DNA of 63,967 bases, filler included, from Octopus bimaculoides (taxonomy: Eukaryota): assembly GCF_001194135.2 (NCBI RefSeq). It is 7 parts of 7 records of this genome, joined end to end, with 100 filler letters (N's around TTAATTAATTAA, not from the genome) between each part and the next. Parts side by side here need not be neighbours in the genome. Positions count along the whole stretch, not along the records: positions 1 to 21,742 come from NC_069000.1; positions 21,843 to 27,809 come from NC_068983.1; 5 more parts are not named here. One strand, 5' to 3'. Of the stretch, positions 12,105-24,377 are shown piece after piece (within the stretch, counting starts at the first letter, position 1; each line of letters opens with the position of its first letter). A program made the translations under genes and the position numbers. The notes beneath the pieces are model-generated. The model saw only the letters and a program-made list of their open reading frames with translations, was not told the DNA's origin and searched no databases.

Positions 12105-14393
12105 CTGTGAATAAATATATATAACTATATCTATCAATCTATCTATCTATATATATATAGATATATATATATACATTTATATATACATGCATACAGAGAG
12201 AAAGAGAGAGAGTGAGAGAGAAAGACAGGGACGTGATGTTCGGTCAGTGTCACGTGATAAGGGTGTTATTCACCGTTCCAGTTTTAATTACGTATTCAGA
12301 TGATGAAACTTGAGTTTGTGTTCTGAAAGAAGAAAATCACATTGATTGGTTAGGAAACAAAACAAAGAAAAAATAGAAAGAAAAAGACAAATAAGAAAAA
12401 AACAAGAAACATACTTTCAACACGCAAACTCAGTTGGTTGTTAGTTAACGTCCAAGTCTCGCGAGGCTTCTAAGTACAAAGTTCACAAACAGACATTATT
12501 TTACATCACAAAACCTACACTGTTATGTCTAGCTGTTGATTCATGCTAAATTTTATACTGGATGGTTTGTTGTTATCTAGTGCGCATGCATATATACATG
12601 TATGTGTATATGTTTCTATATGTACTTATAAACAAACTCATAAACACTCACAATTGCATACACACACATATTGACACATATTGATGTTTAAAAATATGTT
12701 TAAAAATACTATATATACAAAATATACCGGTTTCGTTTTTTAAAGATATTCATGACTTCTAAAATTAATGAAGTTATTACAAGTTTAGGTCTATGTAACC
12801 ATCTGCTGTTGGTGATGTTTTGTGAATTTGTGATTTTCTATAAAATCATAACAACATAAAATTATGAAACTATAACATCATTAATTGTAAAATAGTTGAT
12901 ATCTTTTAGAAAAAGAATTAAGATCGGTAGAATACATAGAATACATAAACGCTACATTTTCTATATAAAGTTACATAAATGTAGTCAGTGTCTTTTGATT
13001 ATTTGGGATTAGCTGAACAGCGGAATATTGCTATAACTGCTTCTAGTCACCTTCAAAACTTCTGGCAGCCTACTTCGGTTGTGGCATTGATAGTCATCAG
13101 TAGAAAGCTATTCTCTTTGCTGTTGTCGCTGTCCAGCATCTTTGTCTTATCGTCCGGTTCCAGAAAGAACGTCTTTACCCTGAGCTCTAAACCCTTTCGA
13201 AACCTCGCAGACCAACTCTAAATGTGTATAAAGTGAAACCGTCAGAGGTTATCTCGTATAATCGCATCCCGAAAATCAAGGTCTCGCTGATGACATCTAT
13301 ATTTCGTGATCTCAGGCCGTCGAGAACGTGACTTCCCTTCTTCATGTAGACCCCAAGTCACATGCATTTCTAAAATCTACTTTAAGTGTAGCCATGTTGA
13401 TCGTAAGAAAAGAATTAACGGTAGTTATTACTTACCTTGGTTTTGGAGAAGGGCGAGTAATCCAATCTCCTTGACGAGGGGTAGGTGAGCTTTTTTCCAG
13501 AATATTCCTACACCACATGGGAAGTTTTCTCTCATCATCTTTAGCAGAAGTCAGCATTGACGGGGGTTCGCTCGGTGGAGTTTAGGTGACAAGTTCTCCA
13601 AAGATTTTCTCTTATTTTTCTATATTCGTGTGTGATGTGACATAAACTTCATCAATTCGTTGTTTCCACTACGGTTGATGAAGGATGACATTTTGACTTT
13701 TCGTGTTGTTGTTACTGTTGTTGGCGTAGTTATAGGTTTGGCTGCTATAGTTTTTATGATAGTGATGTTGCTGTTTGCTCGTTAATCGGATCCCCGTTGC
13801 CAAGCTAACCGTCAGAGGTTCCAGCTTAGAGCGGTCCCTATTTGCTTTCATTTGCTTTTATCTGCTTTCTCTTCACTCTAACAAAATCCTGTCGTGGGAC
13901 GCGTAACTATCGTTGTTATTGATTTTATTATTTATTTTCACTTTGTTGTTGTTGTTGCCTACCCCCTCTTTTGTTCCCAGTAGAACCCATGGCAACGGTA
14001 GTAACGGTTTTAGTGGTGTTGGCTGTGGATGCGATGTGGTTGTTGTAGTGCAAAAACTGACTGGAAGAGGAAAATTCTACTTCAGTGAAAGGAATGCGAT
14101 GAGGGGAGAGGTTTTCAGTGGTTTCTTCCACTCACCAACCTCTCTTATTCACCGACTATGAACCGCGGCGCCATATTTATATTTTCAGTTTTTTTTTTAG
14201 GTAACTTGTATTTTTTATGAGTCTAGAAACAAAGGAACCAACCGGAACAGGAAGAAGGAAACATAAAAAAAAACAACAACAAAAACAAATCCCTGAAAGG
14301 GCAAACTATCGACAATTCTTTACAATTTACGGAGAGAAGCAAAACACGCGACTTNNNNNNNNNNCGACTTGCGTGGACAGAAAATCTTTAATG

Positions 14394-14468
<75 letters not shown>

Positions 14469-14624
14469 GTAATAATAATCTTTCCAGTGTTTGTTAATAA
14501 CAGTCATTATGTAATAAATCAAGAAAAGATTTTAAAAAAGGGGGAAATATTTTTTTGTAGAATGAGATCACAGATAGAGGTTTTAAAAGGGGGCAGCAGT
14601 TTGGGGTTTGATTCCAGGTTGCCA

Positions 14625-14674
14625 TTATTCTTTATTAGCACCAGCTTTGTCTTCACACATACAGGCTAGGAATT
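14625..14674 (-). CDS. Calmodulin-like EF-hand protein, canonical last coding exon
   Basis: tatttgcag acceptor, phase 1; G+AA supplies Glu12 of EF4; reads EFLACMCEDKAGANKE then TAA. Confidence 0.85.
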
Positions 14675-15597
14675 CTGCAAATACACACAGTTAACACAGA
14701 CTGAATTTAGAAGAAATTATAAAGTAAGGACGTATTAGACATTATAAACGTTAATTTAACACGGAAAAGAGATTTCTGAAATAGGACACGAAGCAAGTGA
14801 CTCTTAGTGAATATTAAACGGAATATNNNNNNNNNNNNNNNNNNNNNNNNNNNNNNNNNNNNNNNNNNNNNNNNNNNNNNNNNNNNNNNNNNNNNNNNNN
14901 NNNNNNNNNNNNNNNNNNNGGTGGGTGGGAATTTATTGCTCCTATGCACTCGTCAGGCCACACTTGGACAAAGTGGATACCATTTTTAAAAAATAGTGAA
15001 TTTCCAAGTGAAACGCTTGATATAGAGAACAGTTCCAATGTTGGAACCCCATGTGGAAAGCTTAATTAAGAAGGCAACAACAGGGAAACTGTCAAAGATA
15101 TTCAAGCTCAGGGAGATAAAAAAAATTGAAAAGGGAAAGGAAATAAAAGACCCTAAAAGAAGCAACCCCGACACCAACTCTCAAAGCAGCAGAGAAGGTA
15201 AAAGAACCATTTGAAGGTTCAAGGTCAAAAAATAAAAATAAAAATAAAAAAAAAACAGAAAAAAGAAAAAAAGAAAGAAAACCACTGAAAGAAACAGAAA
15301 CCCTTCACTACCTAAAACCACCCAAAACACAGAACGGTGCGTGGAGTTGGCATCATCTGTAAATGTTATATAAAAGGTGGCTGCTGGTAAGGAGAGAAAG
15401 GGATGAAATGCCGTTTTGCGCATCCAAAGATTAGGCAGACGGTTCCCATGGCAAGCCCCCACCCACCACTTAGCCAACAAGATGGATTAAAACCTTGCTC
15501 TATGAGGCTCGTGTCACAAGACCCACTGCAGAGAAGACCACTCAAAAGTGGTCTGCAGATGCAGTGAGAATTGCAACAGTAAATCTGCAACATGTTT

Positions 15598-15749
15598 TCA
15601 GTGCAGCGCATAAGATAGTGCAGCAGGTGAGATGGCTGTAAGCACAACTAAGCCATGCACACCCACGCACAAGACCACCACAAGTAAGAGACCCAGGAGG
15701 GCCACTCTTGATGGAAAGCCGACCGTCACAACAGTTATTCGGAGTCCTA
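15598..15749 (-). CDS. Candidate alternative last exon of the EF-hand gene (hydrophobic tail)
   Basis: ttttattttgTAG/TAG tandem acceptor; in frame with the phase-1 donor at 16110; [50 protein letters not shown] then TGA; AATAAA on minus strand at 14932-14937. No transcript evidence. Confidence 0.3.
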
Positions 15750-15805
15750 CTACAAAATAAAACACATACACACACATACACACTCACGCACACACACGCA
15801 TGTAC

Positions 15806-15854
<49 letters not shown>

Positions 15855-16006
15855 TGTATATATGTATATATATATTCATATATATATACAAATATATATA
15901 CATACCTATATATACCTATATATATACATATATGCATGTACATATGCATTATATATGCGTATATATATACGTGTGTAAATGTATATTATATTTAAATTTG
16001 TGTGTG

Positions 16007-16071
<65 letters not shown>

Positions 16072-16109
16072 ATGTGTATATATACATATAAGCATCAAGT
16101 ATAACTCAC

Positions 16110-16166
16110 CTTCAAAATCGATTCGTCCATCACCATCGATGTCCACTTCGGCGATCATTTCGTCAA
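16110..16166 (-). CDS. Calmodulin-like EF-hand protein, exon encoding EF4 loop
   Basis: cacag acceptor, phase 1; (I)[18 protein letters not shown] plus G; donor G|gtgagt; canonical DxDGDGxIDFE loop. Confidence 0.92.
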
Positions 16167-16278
16167 CTGTGCACATGGAAAGAAAAGGAACAGAAGAAAA
16201 GAAAAATGTAACATTGTCATGGCATAGATTCAAGTATCGATTGAGCGTATCTGCGTATGTATGCACATGCATATATAG

Positions 16279-16333
<55 letters not shown>

Positions 16334-16336
<3 letters not shown>

Positions 16337-16377
16337 GTTTCTGATGAAGGGATATCTCAGAAACAGCTGTAAGACTA
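16334..16377 (+). ncRNA. Minimal type I hammerhead ribozyme-like motif
   Basis: CTGATGA-A-GGGATATCTC-A-GAA-ACAGCTGT-A with palindromic stem III and stem I GTTT/AGAC. Confidence 0.55.
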
Positions 16378-17266
16378 TTTCATCATAATTGTCCTGAAAA
16401 CTCCTCACAGCCTTGGCTTTGTTATCTCGTTTTGTCTATATATACTCATATATACTTATCTTATATAGGCTTATGTAGATGCTTACGAATATGTGAAAGT
16501 ACGGTTGAGCGTTATTCTGTAGACATAGAAACCTTTGTCACGGATTGGCGGCTTCAATGTGAGAGTGTACACAGAATACAGATGTTGTAGCTATTTGTCC
16601 TTACATAAATGTGATTTAGGTGGCCTAGTTAAAGAGTTAAGTAGTAATCTGTTCTATTAGGCAGAGATACTTCTCGTAGTGGCAACATTTCGTAAAATTC
16701 TCAGATCTGAAATTTAGATAATTTACAGATTTTTTGCGATTCTGCCAATATAGCAGCCTGATAAGAACAATAACAACATCGACAATACAGATCAATGAAT
16801 TGCTGTTTTGGTTGTCACAAAGAGTTTATTCATTCGGGCTAGACGTTTTATCTCCGTAAAATTCTTTCCAACGACTGTAAATTGCAGTCATTAAATAAAA
16901 TAAAAACGCTACAAAGAAATTATTGGTTTGTTTGTATGTCTTTGTGTATCTGTGCATGTCTGCGTAGGGCGTCTCTGTGCATGTGTAGGCGTGTGTGTGT
17001 GTGTGTGTGTCTTGTATGTGTGTATAGGAGTGATTCTGTGTCGACTGTTTTCATAACTCTGTCATCTGGCTCTTTTACTCTAGGCTAATTCTATTAGGTC
17101 TTCTAATTATTTTTACTGGGAGACAAACATCTCCTTTCCTTCCGCCTCCTCTTCAACCAAAACAAAATTAAATGCAAAAAATAAATAAATACACAAGACA
17201 TTTTTATCTCATTTTCTCCAACAATTGACCTTCGAACGCTATTTTGACATCTTACTTTCTAATAAT

Positions 17267-17326
<60 letters not shown>

Positions 17327-17737
17327 AATAATAATGAATTCTTTCATTTACCACCAGAACTAAGTATTGTTCTAGAGAATGTTTAAGAAAACATAAAAAA
17401 GTTATAAGTTTGTTTTAAAATTTGAAATTACATAGACAGTATTTTACGTAGGATATGGGCAGTTCCTATTCGGAGCTTTCAATCTTCAGTCGAGAAGCAG
17501 ATCGTCTTTGCAGTATCGGCCGGTTATATATATATATATATNNNNNNNNNNNNNNNNNNNNNNNNNNNNNNNNNNNNNNNNNNNNNNNNNNNNNNNNNNN
17601 NNNNNNNNNNNNNNNNNNNNNNNNNNNNNNNNNNNNNNNNNNNNNNNNNNNNNNNNNNNNNNNNNNNNNNNNNNNNNNNNNNNNNNNNNNNNNNNNNNNN
17701 NNNNNNNNNNNNNNNNNNNNNNNNNNNAGATAGATAA

Positions 17738-17792
<55 letters not shown>

Positions 17793-17853
17793 TAGGTAGA
17801 TAGATAGACAGACAAGTAGACAGAGAGACAGTTATGAATATTTCGTGACTTAC

Positions 17854-17944
17854 TTTCTTCTTCTGTTAAGTCTTCCCCCAAACACTGTATCACAACCCGT
17901 AAGTCTGATGCACAGATGTATCCGGTACCACTTTTATCAAACAT
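17854..17944 (-). CDS. Calmodulin-like EF-hand protein, exon encoding EF3
   Basis: ttcctcttctag acceptor; MFDKSGTGYICASDLRVVIQCLGEDLTEEE plus 1 nt; donor A|gtaagt. The GYI.ASDLR.V.QCLGEDL.EEE signature matches invertebrate calmodulin-like proteins rather than canonical calmodulin. Confidence 0.92.
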
Positions 17945-18119
17945 CTAGAAGAGGAAGAGAACATGGATAGAACTACAGTAAAATGGTAACAGAAAAGCTA
18001 AAGGGCATCTGTGGAACCATATTAGTTAATCGTAGACACGGAGTAGGAAGCATGAGAATTAGTGGACATCGGATCGGACCGGCCTTGACCAGAAGAGAGA
18101 AGTGGAGTGAAGAACGCAC

Positions 18120-18229
18120 CTTAAACGCTTGTCGTAGTTCTTCGTCGTCATCTCCTTCCTTGTTTTCTGTGATTCCACCCATATTCTCCATGAACTGAAT
18201 AAATTCTTCAAACGAGAACCTGCCATCAC
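18120..18229 (-). CDS. Calmodulin-like EF-hand protein, internal exon (end of EF2 loop, linker, entering helix of EF3)
   Basis: tttcag acceptor, phase 1; reads (G)DGRFSFEEFIQFMENMGGITENKEGDDDEELRQAFK; donor AAG|gtgcgt; phase-compatible with next exon. Confidence 0.9.
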
Positions 18230-18720
18230 CTGAAATGTTACCAACACAGAGAATCTAAGGAACGGTTCATTTTTGTTGCTGTTGCTGTTTTTGTTGTTGT
18301 ATAAATTAAGAAGAATCGAAGTTGGAAGAAGGGACAGAGCCCATGTCGTGTATTTTATTTCATTTTATTTTATTATTTGACATCACAACTTGTGAATAAT
18401 AGCGTCGTTGAATAAAATTTGGCAACGAATAAATCACTAGGTACATTTCTTATTTCCAACGGTGAGAGTAAAAAGGGAGTGGCTGTAACACAGTGCAGAG
18501 TAACATTGTAAGTTCGCTCGAAGAATAGTGCTTTTTCACAGATGTGTACCTCTTTCGACAATACACATTATCCAAAAATGTATATACATGCAGACATGCA
18601 TATATACATACATATATACATTCATTCATACATATATACATCCAGACACACACACACACATATATATAGATATGATACCATACTTCCCTATCTATATGAG
18701 CATACATATATTCACTGATA

Positions 18721-18766
<46 letters not shown>

Positions 18767-20432
18767 TAAAGTTAGATTATAATTATTGTATTCATTTCAA
18801 ATTTCTTGATGCTTCTCAGCGTGCCAAAAGTATACTTCCAATGTTATCCGTCACATGACGTGTAACAGTCTGGAGTAAAATACTCTCTTAAAACTTCTGT
18901 TATTCTCCATTTTAGATTTACTTTTCACTATCGTGAAATTTGCCTCGTTTCCCCCTTGTATTCTACGCTAAAATATTAAGGAACCGTGGCTAATGAGACG
19001 TAAAACCGTTTTTGAAAGAATCAAAAGAGTCACGTATTAGTTTTACAAACTAAATCAGAGTTCCTAGGAATTCGTTCCATTGTGGCTATTTATTGGCCAG
19101 TTTTGATTGTAGTTAGAGAATTAGGTACCAATTAAATACCATTAGTAATTATTTTATGGTATAACTGTTTCGAAGTTAAGCATTGATGCGAAAAAATTGA
19201 TAGGGAAATTATCAATCCCCAAAGACACTTCAGCAACTTCTAATATATTCTCATGTGTGTCTGCTGCAGACATTTTCGCCACAGACCAAAGTAAGCATCA
19301 AAACAAATAACTAGCAAATTCCAAGCAAAAAAAAAAAGAAACAAAGAAACAAAAGGAAAACCAAAATGTTTGATAAATGGTTTTCTAGAATTGTGTAAGT
19401 TTGTATGTATGTACAAATGTATGTACAAAGACATATATGTGTACGTATGTGTGTATATATGTACGTGTGTATGTACGTGTGTGTGTATGTATGCATGTAT
19501 GTACGTACGTTCTTATGTACGAACCTACGTACGTCCGTACGTACGTATGTATGTATGTATGTATGTATGTATGTACGTGTGTATGTACGTGTGTATGTAT
19601 GTGTGCATGTATGTACGTACGTTCTTACGTATGAACGTACGTACGTATGTATGTATTATGCATGCATTCATGTATGTATTTATTTACTATGTATGTATGT
19701 ATGTATGTATGTATGTATGTATGTATGTATGTATACTGGTTGTGAGAATATCCGTGTAAGTGGTGTCTGAACCGGCTAATTTTGTACAGGCATCGAGTCG
19801 TATTAGTTTTAATAATGAAATCAAACCAAAAAGTTGATATTTTGAAACCTTTTAATACGCATGTTTCAGGTCTGTATAATATATAATAAGAAATGTATGT
19901 ATTACGTAAACTTTCCTCATGCAAAACATTTAAGAATATTTTGAAATGTTTCAATTCAGTAAGTCTTACGCAATGAATGCATTTCCTAATATAAAATTAC
20001 TCAGACCTGAGACATATTAAAAAATTCAAAATGTCACTGTTTGGTTTGACTTCATTATTGCAACTTATGTTTCTTACTACTCTGTAGTTTCACTTCGGAA
20101 TTCGCTGGATGATTAGGTAAGTTATTCACAGGAAGATAAGCTAAGATGCAGAACCCAAGAAGTGTCTGCTTCTTCAGACACGTCAAACCGGGCAATGAAG
20201 CACACATCATTCTTATGGAAGGAAGAATTACGGGAAAATTATGTGAAATGGTTCCTGATTAAAGCACAAGTTGATGCTATTGGTCCCAGTATTTGACTGG
20301 TATTATATTTTTGATGCCTGGAAGACTAAAGGTAACTTTAAGCGCGTCGGAATTTGACCTCAGAACATGGAAAGCAGGAAGAAGTACTAAGCATTTCGCG
20401 CATGATATGGATACGGTGTGTGTGTGTGTGTA

Positions 20433-20499
<67 letters not shown>

Positions 20500-23117
20500 T
20501 TATAAATATTTTTATATTATATACATACATATACATAATATTAGTTTCAAATTTCGGCCCACGGCCAGCAATTTCGGGGATGGGTGAAAATCAATTATAT
20601 CAACCCCCAGTGCTCAACTGGTATTTAGTTTATCCATCCGAAAGGATGAAACGCAAAACCGACCCCGGCGGTATTCGAACTCAACATAAAATTTTAAGAA
20701 ACAACGCTAAGCATTTTGTCCAGTGCAGTAACGATTCTGCCAGCTCGCTGCTTTGTACATACATACATACATACATGCATACATACATACATACATGCAT
20801 GCATACATACATACATACATGCATACATAATATTATCATATATGCGTCGATTGCCAGAGGTGATGTGCTTCACAGACGCTTCCAAATGTTCAATATTTTA
20901 CGCCATAACGAAATCATTTACCATGCATTGTCGTAGAGATCTGGATTTTCTCTTTTTCTTTTTTGATTTGGTATTTTCAGCTGTGCTTTACAATAATTTA
21001 ATATCATATACACAATTCAGTGATAAAACTTAGCAATGCTATTTATTAAGTCTAACAACCGCTTTTTATTTCGTTAAGTTTCTATACAAAGTGTCCGTAC
21101 AAAACTCAAAGCTTCGTTTTCGTGTTAATGCAAATATTATGATATAAATATGAACCAAACGTTATTTAGTAATGAACGGTGGCGGAAAAATGGAAAACGA
21201 AACGATAATTCCGAGCGTTTACATTAATGCAATATCACGTGTGTACACAAGATAAATAATACCGTTTAAATGATGGGTGTTGCATAAATGTATTGATCAA
21301 ATAGGCTGTGTGGGTTTCGGGTTTAGACTTATTGCGCAATACCTTCGGCAGATATCTTCTTCTATATCCTATGTCCTGTGAGTTGATTTCGTAGATGGAA
21401 ACTGTCTAGAAGCCCATTGTATATATATACATGTATATATAAGTATATTCCACTTTTTACATCAACCGTCTTTTTGTTTTTTCTCCTGGTTTCTCATGTA
21501 CCAGAGTACTGATTTTCAAATAGAGCAAACGATGTGATCAGAACCCGAAGATTGCTTTGAGACACAAGATACATAATAAAAACCTATCTGACTACGTGTC
21601 TTAATAGCAAGAAACTATAAGTAGCTCTAATCTTAATACAGTGTGCATTAAATGATATTTATCTTTGACTTGATGAAATACGTTTTTGTTGATTTTCCCA
21701 TAACGAACAGTAAACTATATATATATATATATATATATATATNNNNNNNNNNNNNNNNNNNNNNNNNNNNNNNNNNNNNNNNNNNNTTAATTAATTAANN
21801 NNNNNNNNNNNNNNNNNNNNNNNNNNNNNNNNNNNNNNNNNNTATATATATATATATATGTGTGTGTATATATCTTTCACCCTCTTATCTGTATGTGTAT
21901 ATGTCTGGATGTGCACACGTGTTAGCTTCCAACGTTAAAAAGTGCTACCACCAGAATAGGCTGAACATCCAGTCATCTACGGAAAATCATCAGCGACCAA
22001 GCAACTGTGCTCAGTCGTCTGATTCCTTAGGAAAGGAATGGCTAATGTAGTCTTCAGCATGTTTGTGGCTTTAATGCATTTGCTTATCAGGATTGACCTA
22101 GTATTAAACAACAACAAAAACCACTATTTGAACATTCTCTCTCATCGATTTCTCCTTCTTCTGGTACGCTGTCTAAGTTTCATCTCAAAGACCACTGCAC
22201 TTAACACTTTACCTTATTCTTTCTCCCTAGCAACTGTAACATTCTGAAATTCTTTCTTTGTCTTAACATTTACCTTCTTGCAGACATGACAACCGTCCTA
22301 CCATTGAATGCCTGTCATGTCTACAGGCGATGTTGGTTCGTGCCCTATGAACAGCCTTCGATTATTTTCAAACAAAATATTTACATGCTATCATTTATAG
22401 CATTTACGAACTTCGAGGTTCAGTTCCCAAAAAAGGAATATATTGTAAAAGATTTCTCAAAATAACGGCAGCCGTGAAACTGGACACAAAATTGTGAGGA
22501 AGTGAAAGTAAAGGAAACAAGGCAAACTACATTTCTAGTTCTTAACAAAATTGGAACCCTCTTCTATTCAGAAAAATCTCTTATATTATGATCCCATTCA
22601 CACTTTGAATGATGCATGTTTGTATGTATGTATGTATGTATGTATGTATGTGTGAGTATGTATGTGTGAGTATGTATGTATGTATGTATGTATCTATCTA
22701 TCTATCTATCTATCTACCTACCTATCTATCTGCCTGTCTCTANNNNNNNNNNNNNNNNNNNNNNNNNNNNNNNNNNNNNNNNNNNNNNNNNNNNNNNNNN
22801 NNNNNNNNNNNNNNNNNNNNNNNNNNNNNNNNNNNNNNNNNNNNNNNNNNNNNNNNNNNNNNNNNNNNNNNNNNNNNNNNNNNNNNNNNNNNNNNNNNNN
22901 NNNNNNNNNNNNNNNNNNNNNNNNNNNNNNNNNNNNNNNNNNNNNNNNNNNNNNNNNNNNNNNNNNNNNNNNNNNNNNNNNNNNNNNNNNNNNNNNNNNN
23001 NNNNNNNNNNNNNNNNNNNNNNNNNNNNNNNNNNNNNNNNNNNNNNNNNNNNNNNNNNNNNNNNNNNNNNNNNNNNNNNNNNNNNNNNNNNNNNNNNNNN
23101 NNNNNNNNNNNNNNNNN

Positions 23118-23184
<67 letters not shown>

Positions 23185-23701
23185 TTGTATATATATATTT
23201 ACATTCACACACACTCCATACATTTATTGGTAAACAAAGCCAAAGAAAAACGTTGCGAAGGTGTAGGTGAACGAACGACAGCAGTTTAATTTGATAAAAA
23301 TGACGACGGCAAGCAATGTGTCAACGCAAGCAGACGATCAGGAACTGTTAAAAGTTTACCTTAGCTTCGCAGGCAATGTTTGTCTTAGAACACAGAATAA
23401 ATTTACTCTTCCGCACAAATTGGTTGTCTCTTTTCTCTGCGAATCCTTTACATACTTTGTAACGGTTTTTACGTATACACTTACAAACATACATGTACGC
23501 CGACACACACACACGCGCACACACACACCCTATAAACACGTTTACTATATTTAGAATTGTTTTTGTACACGAATGTCATCTTTATCACAAATATACGTAA
23601 AATACGTACTCATAAGAAAACATACACACGTGTATGGGTATTTGCACTCGCAGAAGCCTGTGTATCTATCTATCTATCTATCTATCTATAAGCACAGATA
23701 C

Positions 23702-23732
<31 letters not shown>

Positions 23733-24377
23733 CATATACGTGTGTGCGCGTGTGCATAAAAGAACTACAACATGGGTACAAATAGTTAATTCCCAATTTT
23801 TCTCTCTTCGACTTCCAAACAAATTCTGCTCAATAGTTGATAAGACGGATACATCGAAACCGGTTATATTTTAAATCACTCACTGTAACAAGAATATTAA
23901 ACATTTTCTAAAATATACTTTTGTGCCTCTTTGAACTTCATTTACTTTTTTAACTATATATATATATGTGTGTGTGTGTGATTGTACATGTCCGTGTGGT
24001 TAGGGCTTAGCATTCACTTCGACACCTGACGAGTGGCAACATTAGCACCTGTACAGGAAACGTCAATTTGATAAAAGGTACGTGCAGCACAAACATTTGA
24101 TCACTATTAACAAATCATTTGTGGTGGTTATTCAGCATAAAATTGTAGAACTCTTATCTGTCCGTCTACTACAAGAGACTCCACGACTTACATACATACA
24201 TACAGGAATTTACTTATGTGCACATTTGTCTATACACATGCATGTTGACGCAAATATACAATTTCTCCCCTCCTTCTCTTGCACACATACACATTTTCTC
24301 TTCTTCCTCCCCTTCTAATCTCTCATCTCTCTCCTTATCTCTCCCCCCGCTCTCTCTACACCCACACATATATATGT

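Noticed and set aside
20088-20116. Plus-strand micro-exon-like tctgtag...ATTAG|gtaagt
   Set aside because: 29 nt, ends in TAG in one frame, no partner exons, and lies antisense to the EF-hand gene region
21787-21798. TTAATTAATTAA recurring inside gaps (also 27854, 36692, 44511, 61259, 62654)
   Set aside because: Always centred in a 100-bp N block and has stops in all six frames; a scaffolding linker, not a biological repeat or CRISPR-like spacer system
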